Below, piece after piece: positions 1-8,650 of a stretch of DNA of 64,000 nucleotides. Under the pieces are notes generated by a model that had not been told where the DNA came from, did not search any database, and saw only the letters and a program-made list of their open reading frames with translations. Source of the stretch: a bacterium (GTDB lineage Bacteria > Vulcanimicrobiota > Vulcanimicrobiia > Vulcanimicrobiales > Vulcanimicrobiaceae); contig JAJYRI010000004.1 in NCBI GenBank assembly GCA_021794175.1, positions 667 to 64,666 of the forward strand, in the 5' to 3' direction. The position numbers were made by a program, and so were the translations under genes. Numbering within the stretch: position 1 is the first letter of the stretch; each line of letters opens with the position of its first letter.

Positions 1-825
1 AATGCGCTGCGATGGTTGCCGGAGCGCCTCGGCGATCTCGCGCCAGTCGCCGCCGACGGCGATACGGTCGCGCATCGCCGCGCGCACCGAGCGCAGCAGC
101 GAGAGCGGAGAGCGCTCGTCGATGTTCAGTTCGCGATAGTTGCAGGCGCGTATCGCGGGAACTTCACGGGCGGGAAGATAGCCGTGACGCGCGAGCGTGA
201 ATGCCGTTCCACGACGCCGCGCGTAGGAATGGGCGGCGACGCGATCCATGGCGGTAAGGCCGCCGCCGATGCAGAGCATGTCGCCCGGGGGGAGTTCGCT
301 CGTTTCGGTACGCCACGGGTCGCCGAAATAGCGCTTGCTCTCGCGGAGTTCGCGCGGCAAGAAATGATCGGCGGGTCTCGCGTTCCCAAGCGCAAGGACG
401 ACGGTATGCGCGCGGTAACGGCGGTTGCGCGCATCGGTAAGGACGAAGTCGTTACCCACGCGATCGAGATCGACGACCGCCGTACGTTCGATGCGCGCCT
501 GCGCGCGTCCGTCGATCGCTAATCGCAGCGACTCGCCGACGTAATTGCCGAAGCGCTCCCGTGGAATGAGTTCGTCGGGATCGCACTGCAGCGCGCGCAC
601 GAGATGCCCCGGGTCGCCGGCGATGACGCTCATCGCACGAGCCGGACCGTTCATCAACCATATCGGTGAGCCTCCGCCGTAAGCGGCGCCGCGCCCGGGC
701 TCTTCGGGCGAGAAGAGCCGGAGCCGCGCGTGCCGGGCAAAGCGCGCACACGCGATCGCCACCGCTGCGCCGGCGAGGCCGCCGCCGATAACGGCAACGT
801 CATCGACCTCTCGTTCGCCTTTCAT
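1..825 (-). CDS. FAD/NAD(P)-binding oxidoreductase (N-terminal part; C-terminus lies beyond the window start)
   Basis: My own minus-strand translation from ATG 825-823 gives MKGEREVDDVAVIGGGLAGAAVAIACARF..., a Rossmann GxGxxG fold. I checked the frame triplet by triplet and it stays open to position 1. That is why it is missing from the ORF track. Confidence 0.6.
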   Translation of the reverse strand, partial: MKGEREVDDVAVIGGGLAGAAVAIACARFARHARLRLFSPEEPGRGAAYGGGSPIWLMNGPARAMSVIAGDPGHLVRALQCDPDELIPRERFGNYVGESLRLAIDGRAQARIERTAVVDLDRVGNDFVLTDARNRRYRAHTVVLALGNARPADHFLPRELRESKRYFGDPWRTETSELPPGDMLCIGGGLTAMDRVAAHSYARRRGTAFTLARHGYLPAREVPAIRACNYRELNIDERSPLSLLRSVRAAMRDRIAVGGDWREIAEALRQPSQRI

Positions 826-879
826 CGTAGCCGGTTCATCGGCAGGTCGGTCGGGCCGGTTAAGCGCAAAAGATCGCTC

Positions 880-1620
880 GTGGGCGCAATTCCGTTTCCC
901 AAACGTAAAGTTTCGAAGACGATCGCGAAAAAGGAGCTGGCGCTGCTCGAAGCGGCCTATCCGCACGCCGTCACGGCGCTTGCATATGGTAACCCGTTCG
1001 AATTGCTGGTCGCCGTCATTCTCTCGGCGCAGTGTACCGACGCACGCGTCAATCTTACGACGCCGGCGCTCTTCGCCGCTTATCCGACACCGAAAGCATT
1101 AGCCGCAGCGCGCCTTGCCGATGTCGAGCGATTGATTCAATCGTGCGGTTTTTTTCGAACCAAAGCAAAGAACATTATCGGCGCCGCACGCGCTCTCGTC
1201 GCCGAGCATGCGGGGCGAGTACCCGAGACGCGAGAGGAGCTCGAAGCGCTTCCCGGGGTGGGGCGGAAGACAGCGAGCGTCGTGCTCTCCGTTGCTTTCG
1301 GTGAAGCGGCCTTCGCAGTCGACACGCACGTTTTTCGCGTCGCGCATCGTATGGGGCTTACGACCGGCACGACGCCGCTCGCCGTCGAGCGCGACGTCAC
1401 GGCACTGGTGCCGGAATCAAAATGGCGCTTCGCGCACCATTGGTTGATCCTTCACGGGCGCACGATCTGCAAAGCTCAGCGTCCGCTCTGCGACCGGTGT
1501 CCGGTTCGGGAGCTCTGCCCGAGCGCGCCTAAAAAGAGAGCGGGCCGGGTGCGTTCAGGTGCGGCGGGCGCGGAAGTTCGGCGTCGCTCGCGATCGCTTT
1601 CAAAAGCGTCGAAGGCGTGA
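880..1620 (+). CDS. nth: endonuclease III (DNA-(apurinic/apyrimidinic site) lyase)
   Basis: HhH-GPD motif LEALPGVGRKTASVVL and FAVDTHVFRV. C-terminal 4Fe-4S cluster CKAQRPLCDRCPVRELC. The start is set at in-frame GTG 880 because the track start at 730 overlaps the upstream gene. The 3' tail overlaps the convergent ORF. Confidence 0.85.
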   Translation: MGAIPFPKRKVSKTIAKKELALLEAAYPHAVTALAYGNPFELLVAVILSAQCTDARVNLTTPALFAAYPTPKALAAARLADVERLIQSCGFFRTKAKNIIGAARALVAEHAGRVPETREELEALPGVGRKTASVVLSVAFGEAAFAVDTHVFRVAHRMGLTTGTTPLAVERDVTALVPESKWRFAHHWLILHGRTICKAQRPLCDRCPVRELCPSAPKKRAGRVRSGAAGAEVRRRSRSLSKASKA

Positions 1621-2050
1621 TCGGTTCGCCGTAGCCGCTCTCGGTCGAAACCTTCGAGACATCGATGAGGCTGGGGATCGCGCGATCGGGTACGAATTGA
1701 TAGTCGCCGTCGAATGTAAGGCCGCGAATGCGGACCAACTCGACGCTTTGGTCGAGTTCGAGCGCGATGCGATAATCGCCGAACCGCAGGCGGAGTCGCA
1801 ACGGTTTTTCAAGACGAACCAACCGAACGCCGTTTCGCTCGCCGAGAATCGAATTCAGCCGCTTTATCCCCAGTGCGAGTGCGTCACCGAAGGCACGTAA
1901 CGAACGCTCCGCATCGCCCTCGGCGAGCGCACCGCTCGATGCGTCGCTCTCGCCGAGGAGTTCGCCCAAGGCGCGCCGCGCGCGAATGCGTTCGGCTGCT
2001 GCGACGATCGGGTTTTGACCGGTGAAACTCGGCTCCATGGGATCTGCCAT
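1529..2050 (-). CDS. hypothetical protein
   Basis: 173-aa ORF with no motif I recognise and no clear SD. Its 3' end overlaps the nth tail by about 90 bp. Coding status is uncertain. Confidence 0.35.
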   Translation of the reverse strand: MADPMEPSFTGQNPIVAAAERIRARRALGELLGESDASSGALAEGDAERSLRAFGDALALGIKRLNSILGERNGVRLVRLEKPLRLRLRFGDYRIALELDQSVELVRIRGLTFDGDYQFVPDRAIPSLIDVSKVSTESGYGEPITPSTLLKAIASDAELPRPPHLNAPGPLSF

Positions 2051-2090
2051 AGGGAAAGTATTGCCACGCGCATAGGCGAAAGTCCCGCGC

Positions 2091-4241
2091 GTGAAGCAGG
2101 TGAAAGAGTTTGCCGTTCTTGCCGTCGTGCTGACGCTCGCCTTCGCCGCCGCGCCGGCGCGCGCGGCGCTAACGCCGGCGCAAGCCTTTGGGAAAGAGCC
2201 GCCGTGGGGGCGGCAGCCGGCGGCGATCTCGTGGTCTCACGGTGGGAGGCGGTTCACCTATGTGCTCCCCTCGCAGGATCCCTCCGAGCACCTGCCGCTC
2301 ATGCTTCGCTCCCTCTCCGGGGCCTCGGCAACGCTCTTGCTCCAGCCCGACCGATTCGGCAAGCACGGCGCCACGCCGTATAACGCCGGCTGGTCCCCGC
2401 ACGACCGCCGTCTTGCAATCGAGGCTGGAGGCATGCTCTATGTTTACACCTTTGCCGACCACACGCTGAAAAAAATCGCTGCAGCGGCCTCCGATCCGCA
2501 ATGGTCGCCGAACGGCGACGCGATCGCCTTCGCGAAGAAATCGAATCTTTACGTGGCGTATTTCGGCGCGAAGACCGGCGTGGTCGAGATCACGCACGGC
2601 GGTTCCGGTAACGCAATCCTCGACGGACAACTCGATTGGGTTTATCCGGAGGAGCTCGGGATCGTCCACGGCTTTCGCTGGTCGCCCGACGGATCGAAGA
2701 TCGCCTATCTTCGCCTCGACGAGCGGAAGGTGACGCGCTTTCCGCTTACCGATTTTTTGCCCAAGAACGGGCGCGTGAATTATCAGCGCTATCCGCTCGC
2801 GGGGGAGAAAAACCCGAAGGCGAGCTTGCATGTGATCGATCTCGCTACGAAGGTCGACCGCGTTCTCTACAACGCGGCGCCGAAGGATCGCTATATCGCG
2901 GCATTTGCATGGCGCCCGAAAAGCGACGATATTATCGCGGAGATATTAAATCGTCGCGAGCAATGGTTGCGCGTCGATGCACTTCCCGCCGACGGCTCGG
3001 CGCCGCAGACGCTCTATCGCCGAAGCTCGCCCTCATGGGTCGACGTCATCGCCCTGCCGACCTGGCTTCCCGATGGCTCCTCGCTCTGGGTTCTCGACCG
3101 CGATAATCTGCGATCGCTCTATCTTCGCAGTAGCGGCGGTGCGCTGCGCCGCCTGACCGGCGATTTCAATCTCGGCAGCGAGTACGCCACGAACGGCTTG
3201 GTTGCGGTCGGGAAAAATGGAGCGCACGCGTGGGTCTACGCCGACTATCCGACGCGCCGCAATCGCGCGCTGCTCGAAATCGACCTTCAGAACGGTACGC
3301 TGACGAACCTCACACCGAAGCGCGGCGTTCACCGCATCGCCTTTGCTGCTGCGACCCACGCCTTCGTCGATACCTATTCCTCGATGAATCGTGTCCCCGA
3401 GGTAACCCTCAACGCTCCGACCGCGCCGCCACAGATCTTCGCCGCGCCCGACGCCGCGCTGCAATCGCAGTTGCTTCCGGTGCATCGTTTCGAGGTCGCG
3501 TCGAAATATGGGCCACTCGATGCATGGATGATTCGTCCGCCGCATTTCGATCCGCACCGCAAATATCCGGTCGTCGTCTACGTGTACGGCGGCCCCGCCG
3601 CCCCGACGACCACCAACGGCTTCGGTTACACCATGGAGCTGATGCACGATCTGTTGGCCCAGGAAGGGATAATCGTTTTTTCGATCGATGGGCCGGCTTC
3701 CCAGATCGACAACGACGCGCACGTACGGTTGCTGCTGCATAATTTCGGGCCCGGTTCGTTGCTTGGGCAACGCATCGGCGCTCGTTATCTCGCTTCCCTT
3801 CCCTACGTCGACGCGAAACGCATCGGCATTTGGGGATGGAGCTTCGGCGGCTACGAAACGATCTACGCACTCGAACACTCGAAGCGTTTTGTAGCCGGTC
3901 TGGCGGTCGCGCCGGTGACCGATTGGCACTTGTACGACACGATCTACACCGAACGGTACATGGGATTGCCGCAAAAGCATCCACACGCATACGACCGCAG
4001 TTCGAACCTGCTCGATGTCGCGCACCTCAACGGACCGTTACAGATCATGCACGGCACGAGCGACGATAACGTCCATATGGCTAATACGGTCGCGTTCTTA
4101 CAGAAAACGATTCTCGCCGGGCTCACCGATGTCAACGTCATGCTCTTCCCGCGCAAGACACATTCGATCGCCGGGCTCATGCAACGGCGCACGCTTTGGG
4201 AGCGGATGCTGATCTATTGGCGCTCGATTCTTCACCCGTAA
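2091..4241 (+). CDS. dipeptidyl-peptidase IV / S9B prolyl oligopeptidase family serine peptidase, secreted
   Basis: Signal peptide MKQVKEFAVLAVVLTLAFAAAPARA. DPP-IV N-terminal propeller-like region. Catalytic nucleophile motif GIWGWSFGGYET. C-terminal HGTSDDNVH and KTHS. Confidence 0.85.
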   Translation: MKQVKEFAVLAVVLTLAFAAAPARAALTPAQAFGKEPPWGRQPAAISWSHGGRRFTYVLPSQDPSEHLPLMLRSLSGASATLLLQPDRFGKHGATPYNAGWSPHDRRLAIEAGGMLYVYTFADHTLKKIAAAASDPQWSPNGDAIAFAKKSNLYVAYFGAKTGVVEITHGGSGNAILDGQLDWVYPEELGIVHGFRWSPDGSKIAYLRLDERKVTRFPLTDFLPKNGRVNYQRYPLAGEKNPKASLHVIDLATKVDRVLYNAAPKDRYIAAFAWRPKSDDIIAEILNRREQWLRVDALPADGSAPQTLYRRSSPSWVDVIALPTWLPDGSSLWVLDRDNLRSLYLRSSGGALRRLTGDFNLGSEYATNGLVAVGKNGAHAWVYADYPTRRNRALLEIDLQNGTLTNLTPKRGVHRIAFAAATHAFVDTYSSMNRVPEVTLNAPTAPPQIFAAPDAALQSQLLPVHRFEVASKYGPLDAWMIRPPHFDPHRKYPVVVYVYGGPAAPTTTNGFGYTMELMHDLLAQEGIIVFSIDGPASQIDNDAHVRLLLHNFGPGSLLGQRIGARYLASLPYVDAKRIGIWGWSFGGYETIYALEHSKRFVAGLAVAPVTDWHLYDTIYTERYMGLPQKHPHAYDRSSNLLDVAHLNGPLQIMHGTSDDNVHMANTVAFLQKTILAGLTDVNVMLFPRKTHSIAGLMQRRTLWERMLIYWRSILHP

Positions 4242-4301
4242 GGGCGCTCTTCATCCTGGGTTCCGCAGAAATTCCCCGTCGTCGCCTAGACTTGGGGAAT
4301 C

Positions 4302-4607
4302 ATGATTGGATTCGAATACCGCTTCGTCGCAATCGGCGACGATAGCGACGAGGAACTTAGTGCGGCAGGCGCCGAGGGCTGGGAAGCCGTCGGCGTGACA
4401 CCGGGCGAACGCGGGGTCATCGTGCTGCTCAAACGCCCCCTAGCGCCGGAGCACGGTGAGCGCGAACCGGATGACGGTGAGGAAGAAGAGGAGCATGGAG
4501 GGGAGGCACATCACGGTCACTGCCGTTGCGGTGGGCGCAAGCACCTCGATGTCGTCAACGTTCACGTGCATGGCGGCTGTCGGCGCCGACACGGCTGCGG
4601 TAAATAA
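4302..4607 (+). CDS. small DUF4177-like protein with a His/Cys/Gly-rich C-terminal tail
   Basis: The N-terminus [14 protein letters not shown]...AEGWEAVGV...VLLKRP follows the DUF4177 pattern (xEYK...GWELV...KR). The tail is [42 protein letters not shown]. Confidence 0.4.
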   Translation: MIGFEYRFVAIGDDSDEELSAAGAEGWEAVGVTPGERGVIVLLKRPLAPEHGEREPDDGEEEEEHGGEAHHGHCRCGGRKHLDVVNVHVHGGCRRRHGCGK

Positions 4608-4636
4608 AAAAGGCACCGCCGAGATCGGCGATGCCT
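4605..4636 (-). terminator. intrinsic terminator downstream of the Lys-rich repeat protein gene
   Basis: 10-bp stem, 4611-4620 aggcaccgcc pairing with 4627-4636 ggcgatgcct (one mismatch), and a 6-nt loop. On the minus strand it is followed by TTTTTTA (the A-run at 4606-4610). Confidence 0.55.
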
Positions 4637-4683
4637 CTTGGGGCTCCGGCCCCGAGGTAGATGAGAAGAATAACGTGGATCGA

Positions 4684-4992
4684 TTAACGAACGGGCGGCT
4701 TATGGCCCTTCTTTGCGGCGGCCTTCTTGGCCGTCGCTTTCTTGGCGGTGGCTTTCTTGGCCATCGCCTTCTTGGCGGTAGCTTTCTTGGCCGTCGCTTT
4801 CTTGGCGGTAGCCTTCTTGGTCATCGCTTTCTTGGCGGTGGCTTTCTTGGCCATCGCTTTCTTAGCGGTGGCTTTCTTGGCCATCGTCTTCTTGGTCGTG
4901 GTCTTCGTGGTGCTCTTGCTCGCCGAGGCGGCCATAGCCGTACCGGTTGCGAGGAAGGACGCCGCGATCAGTGCAGCGAGGAGTTTGCGCAT
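4684..4992 (-). CDS. secreted lysine/alanine-rich tandem-repeat protein
   Basis: SD GGGGGTGA lies upstream of the ATG. Signal peptide [21 protein letters not shown]. About 12 pentapeptide repeats of the form x-A/T-K-K-A follow ([10 protein letters not shown] ...). Confidence 0.65.
   Translation of the reverse strand: MRKLLAALIAASFLATGTAMAASASKSTTKTTTKKTMAKKATAKKAMAKKATAKKAMTKKATAKKATAKKATAKKAMAKKATAKKATAKKAAAKKGHKPPVR
4705..4884. repeat. 15-bp tandem repeat, about 12 copies, encoding (A/T/M)(A/T)KKA
   Basis: The unit ggc(c/g)(g/a)t(c/g)gc(t/c)ttctt can be read directly in the sequence. Confidence 0.85.
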
Positions 4993-5075
4993 TCTTTCAC
5001 CCCCTTTTTGCGAAAATTCGTCTCTTAACGTGCCTTAACAACGTCTGAGAAGGGCGGTTAGTTCGCAGAGGCGAC

Positions 5076-6233
5076 CTAGCGCCCCTTCCCAACCAAATTT
5101 CGAGAGATAACCAGGCGCTGGATCTGCTGGGTTCCCTCGTAGATCTGGGTGATTTTCGCGTCGCGCATCATCCGCTCGACCGGGTACTCCGCCGAGTAGC
5201 CGAAGCCGCCGAGCACCTGAACCGCATCGGTCGTTACCGACATCGCGACATCTCCGCACTTGAGCTTGGCCATCGAGGCCCAGAGCGAGACGTCGGGGGC
5301 TCCCTGATCGCATTTCCGAGCCGATTCGTAGAGCATGAGGCGCGCCGCCTCGACCTCGGTCTTCATGTCCGCGAGCATGAAACCGATCCCTTGGTGCTGG
5401 CCGATCGGCTTACCGAAGGCGACGCGGTCGCGGGCGTATTGGGTCGCATACTCCAGGGCGCCGGCGGCGATACCGAGCGCCTGTGCGGCGATGCCCGGGC
5501 GCGATTTGTCGAGCACCTTCATTGCAATCTTGAAGCCCTCGCCCTCTTCGCCGAGACGATTGGTTGCGGGTACGCGACATTCGTTGAAGATCAGCTCGAC
5601 GGTCGGCGAACCTTTGATGCCCATCTTGCGCTCTTTCTTCCCGACCGAGAAACCCGGCGTGCCCTTCTCGACGACGAAGGCGCTTACGCCGCGGCTCCCC
5701 GCTTCCGGATCGGTCACCGCGAAGACGCAAACGACGTCGGCGACGCTCCCGTTGGTAATCCAAATTTTCTGACCGTCGAGAACGTAGGAGTCCCCGTCAC
5801 GGCGCGCGCGCGTTCGCATCGAACCGAGCGCATCGGAGCCGCTGCTCGCTTCGGTGAGCGCGTAGGCGGCGAGGTGCTCGCCGGAGGCGATCTTCGGCAA
5901 AAAGCGCCGTTTTTGCTCGTCGTTGCCGCCGATCATGATCGGCAGCATGCCGAGTTCTTGCACCGCAACGATCAGCGAACTCGAGGCACACGCTTTCGCG
6001 ATCTCCTCGACCACCTTCACGTAGGTAACGAAACTTCCGCCGAGGCCGCCGTATTCCGTGGGAATCGGTATACCGAGGAGATCGTTTTGCGCGAAGAGAC
6101 GGCGGATATCGTCGGGGAACTCCTCGCTTTCGTCGATCGCTGCCGCGCGTGGCGCGACTTTTTCGGCTACGAGTTCGCGCACCATCTCGACGATCATCGT
6201 TTCTTCGTCGTGCGCTTGCGCCGCTACTGACAT
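5076..6233 (-). CDS. acyl-CoA dehydrogenase
   Basis: Typical ACAD sequence throughout (LGGSFVTY..., YALTEASSGSDA, WITNG, C-terminal QIYEGTQQIQRLVISR). Start set at ATG 6233, preceded by GGAAGAGGAG. The longer track ORF to 6557 overlaps the divergent gene. Confidence 0.9.
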   Translation of the reverse strand: MSVAAQAHDEETMIVEMVRELVAEKVAPRAAAIDESEEFPDDIRRLFAQNDLLGIPIPTEYGGLGGSFVTYVKVVEEIAKACASSSLIVAVQELGMLPIMIGGNDEQKRRFLPKIASGEHLAAYALTEASSGSDALGSMRTRARRDGDSYVLDGQKIWITNGSVADVVCVFAVTDPEAGSRGVSAFVVEKGTPGFSVGKKERKMGIKGSPTVELIFNECRVPATNRLGEEGEGFKIAMKVLDKSRPGIAAQALGIAAGALEYATQYARDRVAFGKPIGQHQGIGFMLADMKTEVEAARLMLYESARKCDQGAPDVSLWASMAKLKCGDVAMSVTTDAVQVLGGFGYSAEYPVERMMRDAKITQIYEGTQQIQRLVISRNLVGKGR

Positions 6234-6339
6234 TGTGAACTCCTCTTCCTGGATAACGGGTAACGAGCGGATACTCAACCGGTCGATAGATTCGGGGGCG
6301 ACCAGGGTTTTGCTCCCACGACCGCCTATCTGCGCCGGT

Positions 6340-7098
6340 ATGGAGAAAGTGTACCCATCGGCGGCCGCGGCCGTCGCCGACATTCCCAGCGGGGCCTCGT
6401 TAGCCGTCGGTGGCTTCGGCCTCAACGGTATCCCCCATAACCTGATCCAGGCGCTGCTCGCACAGGGCGCGACCGATCTCGTCACCGTTTCCAACAACTG
6501 CGGCGTCGACGGCTGGGGGCTCGGCGTCCTCCTCGACAACAAGCGCATTCGGCGCACGACCGGCTCCTACGTCGGTGAGAATAAGGAGTTCGAACGGCAG
6601 TATCTCTCGGGCGAGCTCGAGGTCGAGTTGGTCCCGCAGGGTACCCTCGCCGAGCGGCTCCGCGCCGGAGGCTGCGGCATTCCGGCCTTCTATACCCCCG
6701 CCGGGGTCGGCACGCCGGTCGCCGCCGGAGGGCTCCCGTGGCGGCACAACGCCGACGGTAGCGTGGCGAAGGCGTCGCCGCCGAAAGAGACGCGCCGATT
6801 CGACGACAAGGAGTACGTTCTCGAGGAAGCGATCCGCTGCGACTATGCCTTGGTGCGCGCGAGCATCGGCGATCGCGAAGGCAATCTCTATTTCGCGAAG
6901 GCGACGCGCAACTTCAACCCGCTCTGCGCGATGGCCGGGCGAATTACGATCGCCGAGGTCGAACGCCTCGTCGAACCCGGCGAGATCGAACCCGAGGACG
7001 TGCACGTTCCGGGAATCTTTGTCGCGCGTGTGGTCGAGGTAGGCGCCGAAGGGAAACGCATCGAGCGAGTAACGACGCGCAAGCGGGAGGGACGATAG
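6340..7098 (+). CDS. scoA: 3-oxoacid (succinyl-CoA:3-ketoacid / acetate) CoA-transferase subunit A
   Basis: [32 protein letters not shown]...SNNCG...[37 protein letters not shown] is the family I CoA-transferase A subunit. Start at ATG 6340. The scoA versus atoD assignment is tentative. Confidence 0.8.
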   Translation: MEKVYPSAAAAVADIPSGASLAVGGFGLNGIPHNLIQALLAQGATDLVTVSNNCGVDGWGLGVLLDNKRIRRTTGSYVGENKEFERQYLSGELEVELVPQGTLAERLRAGGCGIPAFYTPAGVGTPVAAGGLPWRHNADGSVAKASPPKETRRFDDKEYVLEEAIRCDYALVRASIGDREGNLYFAKATRNFNPLCAMAGRITIAEVERLVEPGEIEPEDVHVPGIFVARVVEVGAEGKRIERVTTRKREGR

Positions 7099-7100
7099 CG

Positions 7101-7757
7101 ATGGCGCTGACACGTGAGGAACTCGCCGCGCGCGTCGCGCGCGAGATGCGCGACGGCATGTACGTCAATCTCGGTATCGGTATGCCGACGCTGATTCCCA
7201 ACTACGTTCCGTCCGGCGTGCGCGTCGTATTGCAGAGCGAGAACGGTATCCTCGGCACCGGGCCGTATCCCTACGAGGACGACGTCGATCCCGATCTCAT
7301 CAACGCCGGCAAAGAGACGGTGACGGTGCTGCCGGGCGCGTCGTTCTTCGATTCCGCGCTCTCGTTCGGGATGATTCGCGGCGGACATATCGATCTCGCC
7401 GTGCTCGGTGCGATGCAGGTCAGCGCGCACGGCGATCTTGCGAACTGGATGATTCCCGGGAAGATGGTCAAGGGGATGGGCGGTGCGATGGACCTCGTTC
7501 ACGGCGCGAAACGCGTGATCGTAATGATGGAACACGTTGCAAAAGGCAACTCCCACAAAATCGTCGGCGAGTGCACGTTGCCGCTCACCGGCAAGCGCGT
7601 CGTCCACAAACTGATGACCGATCTCGCAGTCATCGATATCGAACCCGAGGGGCTGGTCTTGCGCGAGCTCGCGCCGGGGGTGACGGTCGAAGAAGTCCAG
7701 GCCGGCACGGGAGCACCGCTGGTGATTCCCGCGCCCCCGAAGTCGATGGCCGGCTAA
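7101..7757 (+). CDS. scoB: 3-oxoacid CoA-transferase subunit B
   Basis: [29 protein letters not shown]...SENG...[10 protein letters not shown]. Immediately follows subunit A. Confidence 0.8.
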   Translation: MALTREELAARVAREMRDGMYVNLGIGMPTLIPNYVPSGVRVVLQSENGILGTGPYPYEDDVDPDLINAGKETVTVLPGASFFDSALSFGMIRGGHIDLAVLGAMQVSAHGDLANWMIPGKMVKGMGGAMDLVHGAKRVIVMMEHVAKGNSHKIVGECTLPLTGKRVVHKLMTDLAVIDIEPEGLVLRELAPGVTVEEVQAGTGAPLVIPAPPKSMAG

Positions 7758-7800
7758 GGGAAAATCTCTCATCTGGTTTTAGTGGACTGGAGGGCGTTGG

Positions 7801-7831
7801 GTGCGATATTTTGCGAACAAGAATATCGCAC
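7801..7831. other. perfect 10-bp inverted repeat with an 11-nt spacer (hairpin or operator) between scoB and the small downstream ORF
   Basis: gtgcgatatt (7801-7810) and aatatcgcac (7822-7831) are exact reverse complements. There is no clean U-tract. Confidence 0.35.
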
Positions 7832-7853
7832 TCATCGTCTAGGAGTTCATACT

Positions 7854-8120
7854 ATGCTTCAAAATCGTTCGCATCTCGCCGGCTATCTCCGCATCGGAGT
7901 GATGCTTTTCATCGGCCTCCTTCTCGGGTCGGCCGTGACCGCCTATGCCTTCGAGCGACAGCCCCACATGCAGATGGCGCTCGGTGCGCTGAACCGTGCG
8001 GCCGCGCAGCTGAACGTTGCGCAACGCGATAAAGGCGGGCATCGTGCCGCTGCGTATAATCTCGTCGAACAAGCGATCGGACAGGTGCGCGCCGGCATCG
8101 CCTTCGACAATCATCACTAA
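7854..8120 (+). CDS. small hypothetical membrane-anchored or secreted protein
   Basis: AGGAG lies 8 nt upstream of ATG 7854. N-terminal hydrophobic helix IGVMLFIGLLLGSAVTAYA. Helical tail with DKGGHR. No known function. Confidence 0.45.
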   Translation: MLQNRSHLAGYLRIGVMLFIGLLLGSAVTAYAFERQPHMQMALGALNRAAAQLNVAQRDKGGHRAAAYNLVEQAIGQVRAGIAFDNHH

Positions 8121-8136
8121 CGGTAAATGATACGAG

Positions 8137-8164
8137 AAGGGAGGCGCACTTGGCGCCTCCCTTT
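8137..8164. terminator. bidirectional stem-loop between convergent genes
   Basis: aagggaggcgc (8137-8147), loop acttg, gcgcctccctt (8153-8163). 11-bp stem followed by a short T-run. Confidence 0.55.
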
Positions 8165-8188
8165 CCATATCGTCGATTCGGTTCGGGG

Positions 8189-8533
8189 TTACTTGATAAC
8201 CTTGAACGTCATCATCATGTGCGCGTGGCCGATGCCGCAATAGATCGCGCAATGTGCGGGGAAAGTCCCGATCTTCTTCGGGGTGACGGTAACGGTGGTC
8301 GGCTTGGAGGTAATCGTGATGACCTTGGTGATGCCGACTTCGGGGGCGATCATTCCGTGGACGCCCTGAACGGCGACGAACGTAATTTTCTGCGGTTTGC
8401 CGACATGAAGGGTGACGACGTTCGGCATGAACTGGAAATCTTTGGCTTTGACGACGATGGTGCTGCTCGCGCTGGCCGATGCGACCGTAAGGGCGCTAAA
8501 TGCGAGTGCGAGAGCTAAAGCGAGCTTGCGCAT
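8189..8533 (-). CDS. secreted single-domain cupredoxin with a CuA-type ligand pattern (COX2-like)
   Basis: SD GGAG and a signal peptide MRKLALALALAFSALTVASASA. VHGM, then about 35 aa, then H-C-A-I-Y-C-G-I-G-H-A-H-M, which is the C-x3-C-x3-H-x2-M pattern. Confidence 0.7.
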   Translation of the reverse strand: MRKLALALALAFSALTVASASASSTIVVKAKDFQFMPNVVTLHVGKPQKITFVAVQGVHGMIAPEVGITKVITITSKPTTVTVTPKKIGTFPAHCAIYCGIGHAHMMMTFKVIK

Positions 8534-8650
8534 GGTGTTCTCCTGATACGATTTGAAAGGATGGCGTTGGGGGTTATCCCACTGCTATTGAGGATAGGGC
8601 CGAAGCGGCGCGGGCGGTACGACAAAACTCCGGCTTTTCGCAAAGCTCGC

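Noticed and set aside
5076-6557. Long N-terminal extensions offered by the ORF track. Examples: ACAD to 6557, scoA from 6058, mqnE from 33069, UDG from 58212, rlmN from 59000, mnmA to 42291, ABC ATPase to 16760.
   Set aside because: Each extension overlaps the neighbouring gene or is Arg/Pro-rich junk. Internal starts match the family N-termini and usually have an SD or a 4-nt stop/start overlap, so I used those.
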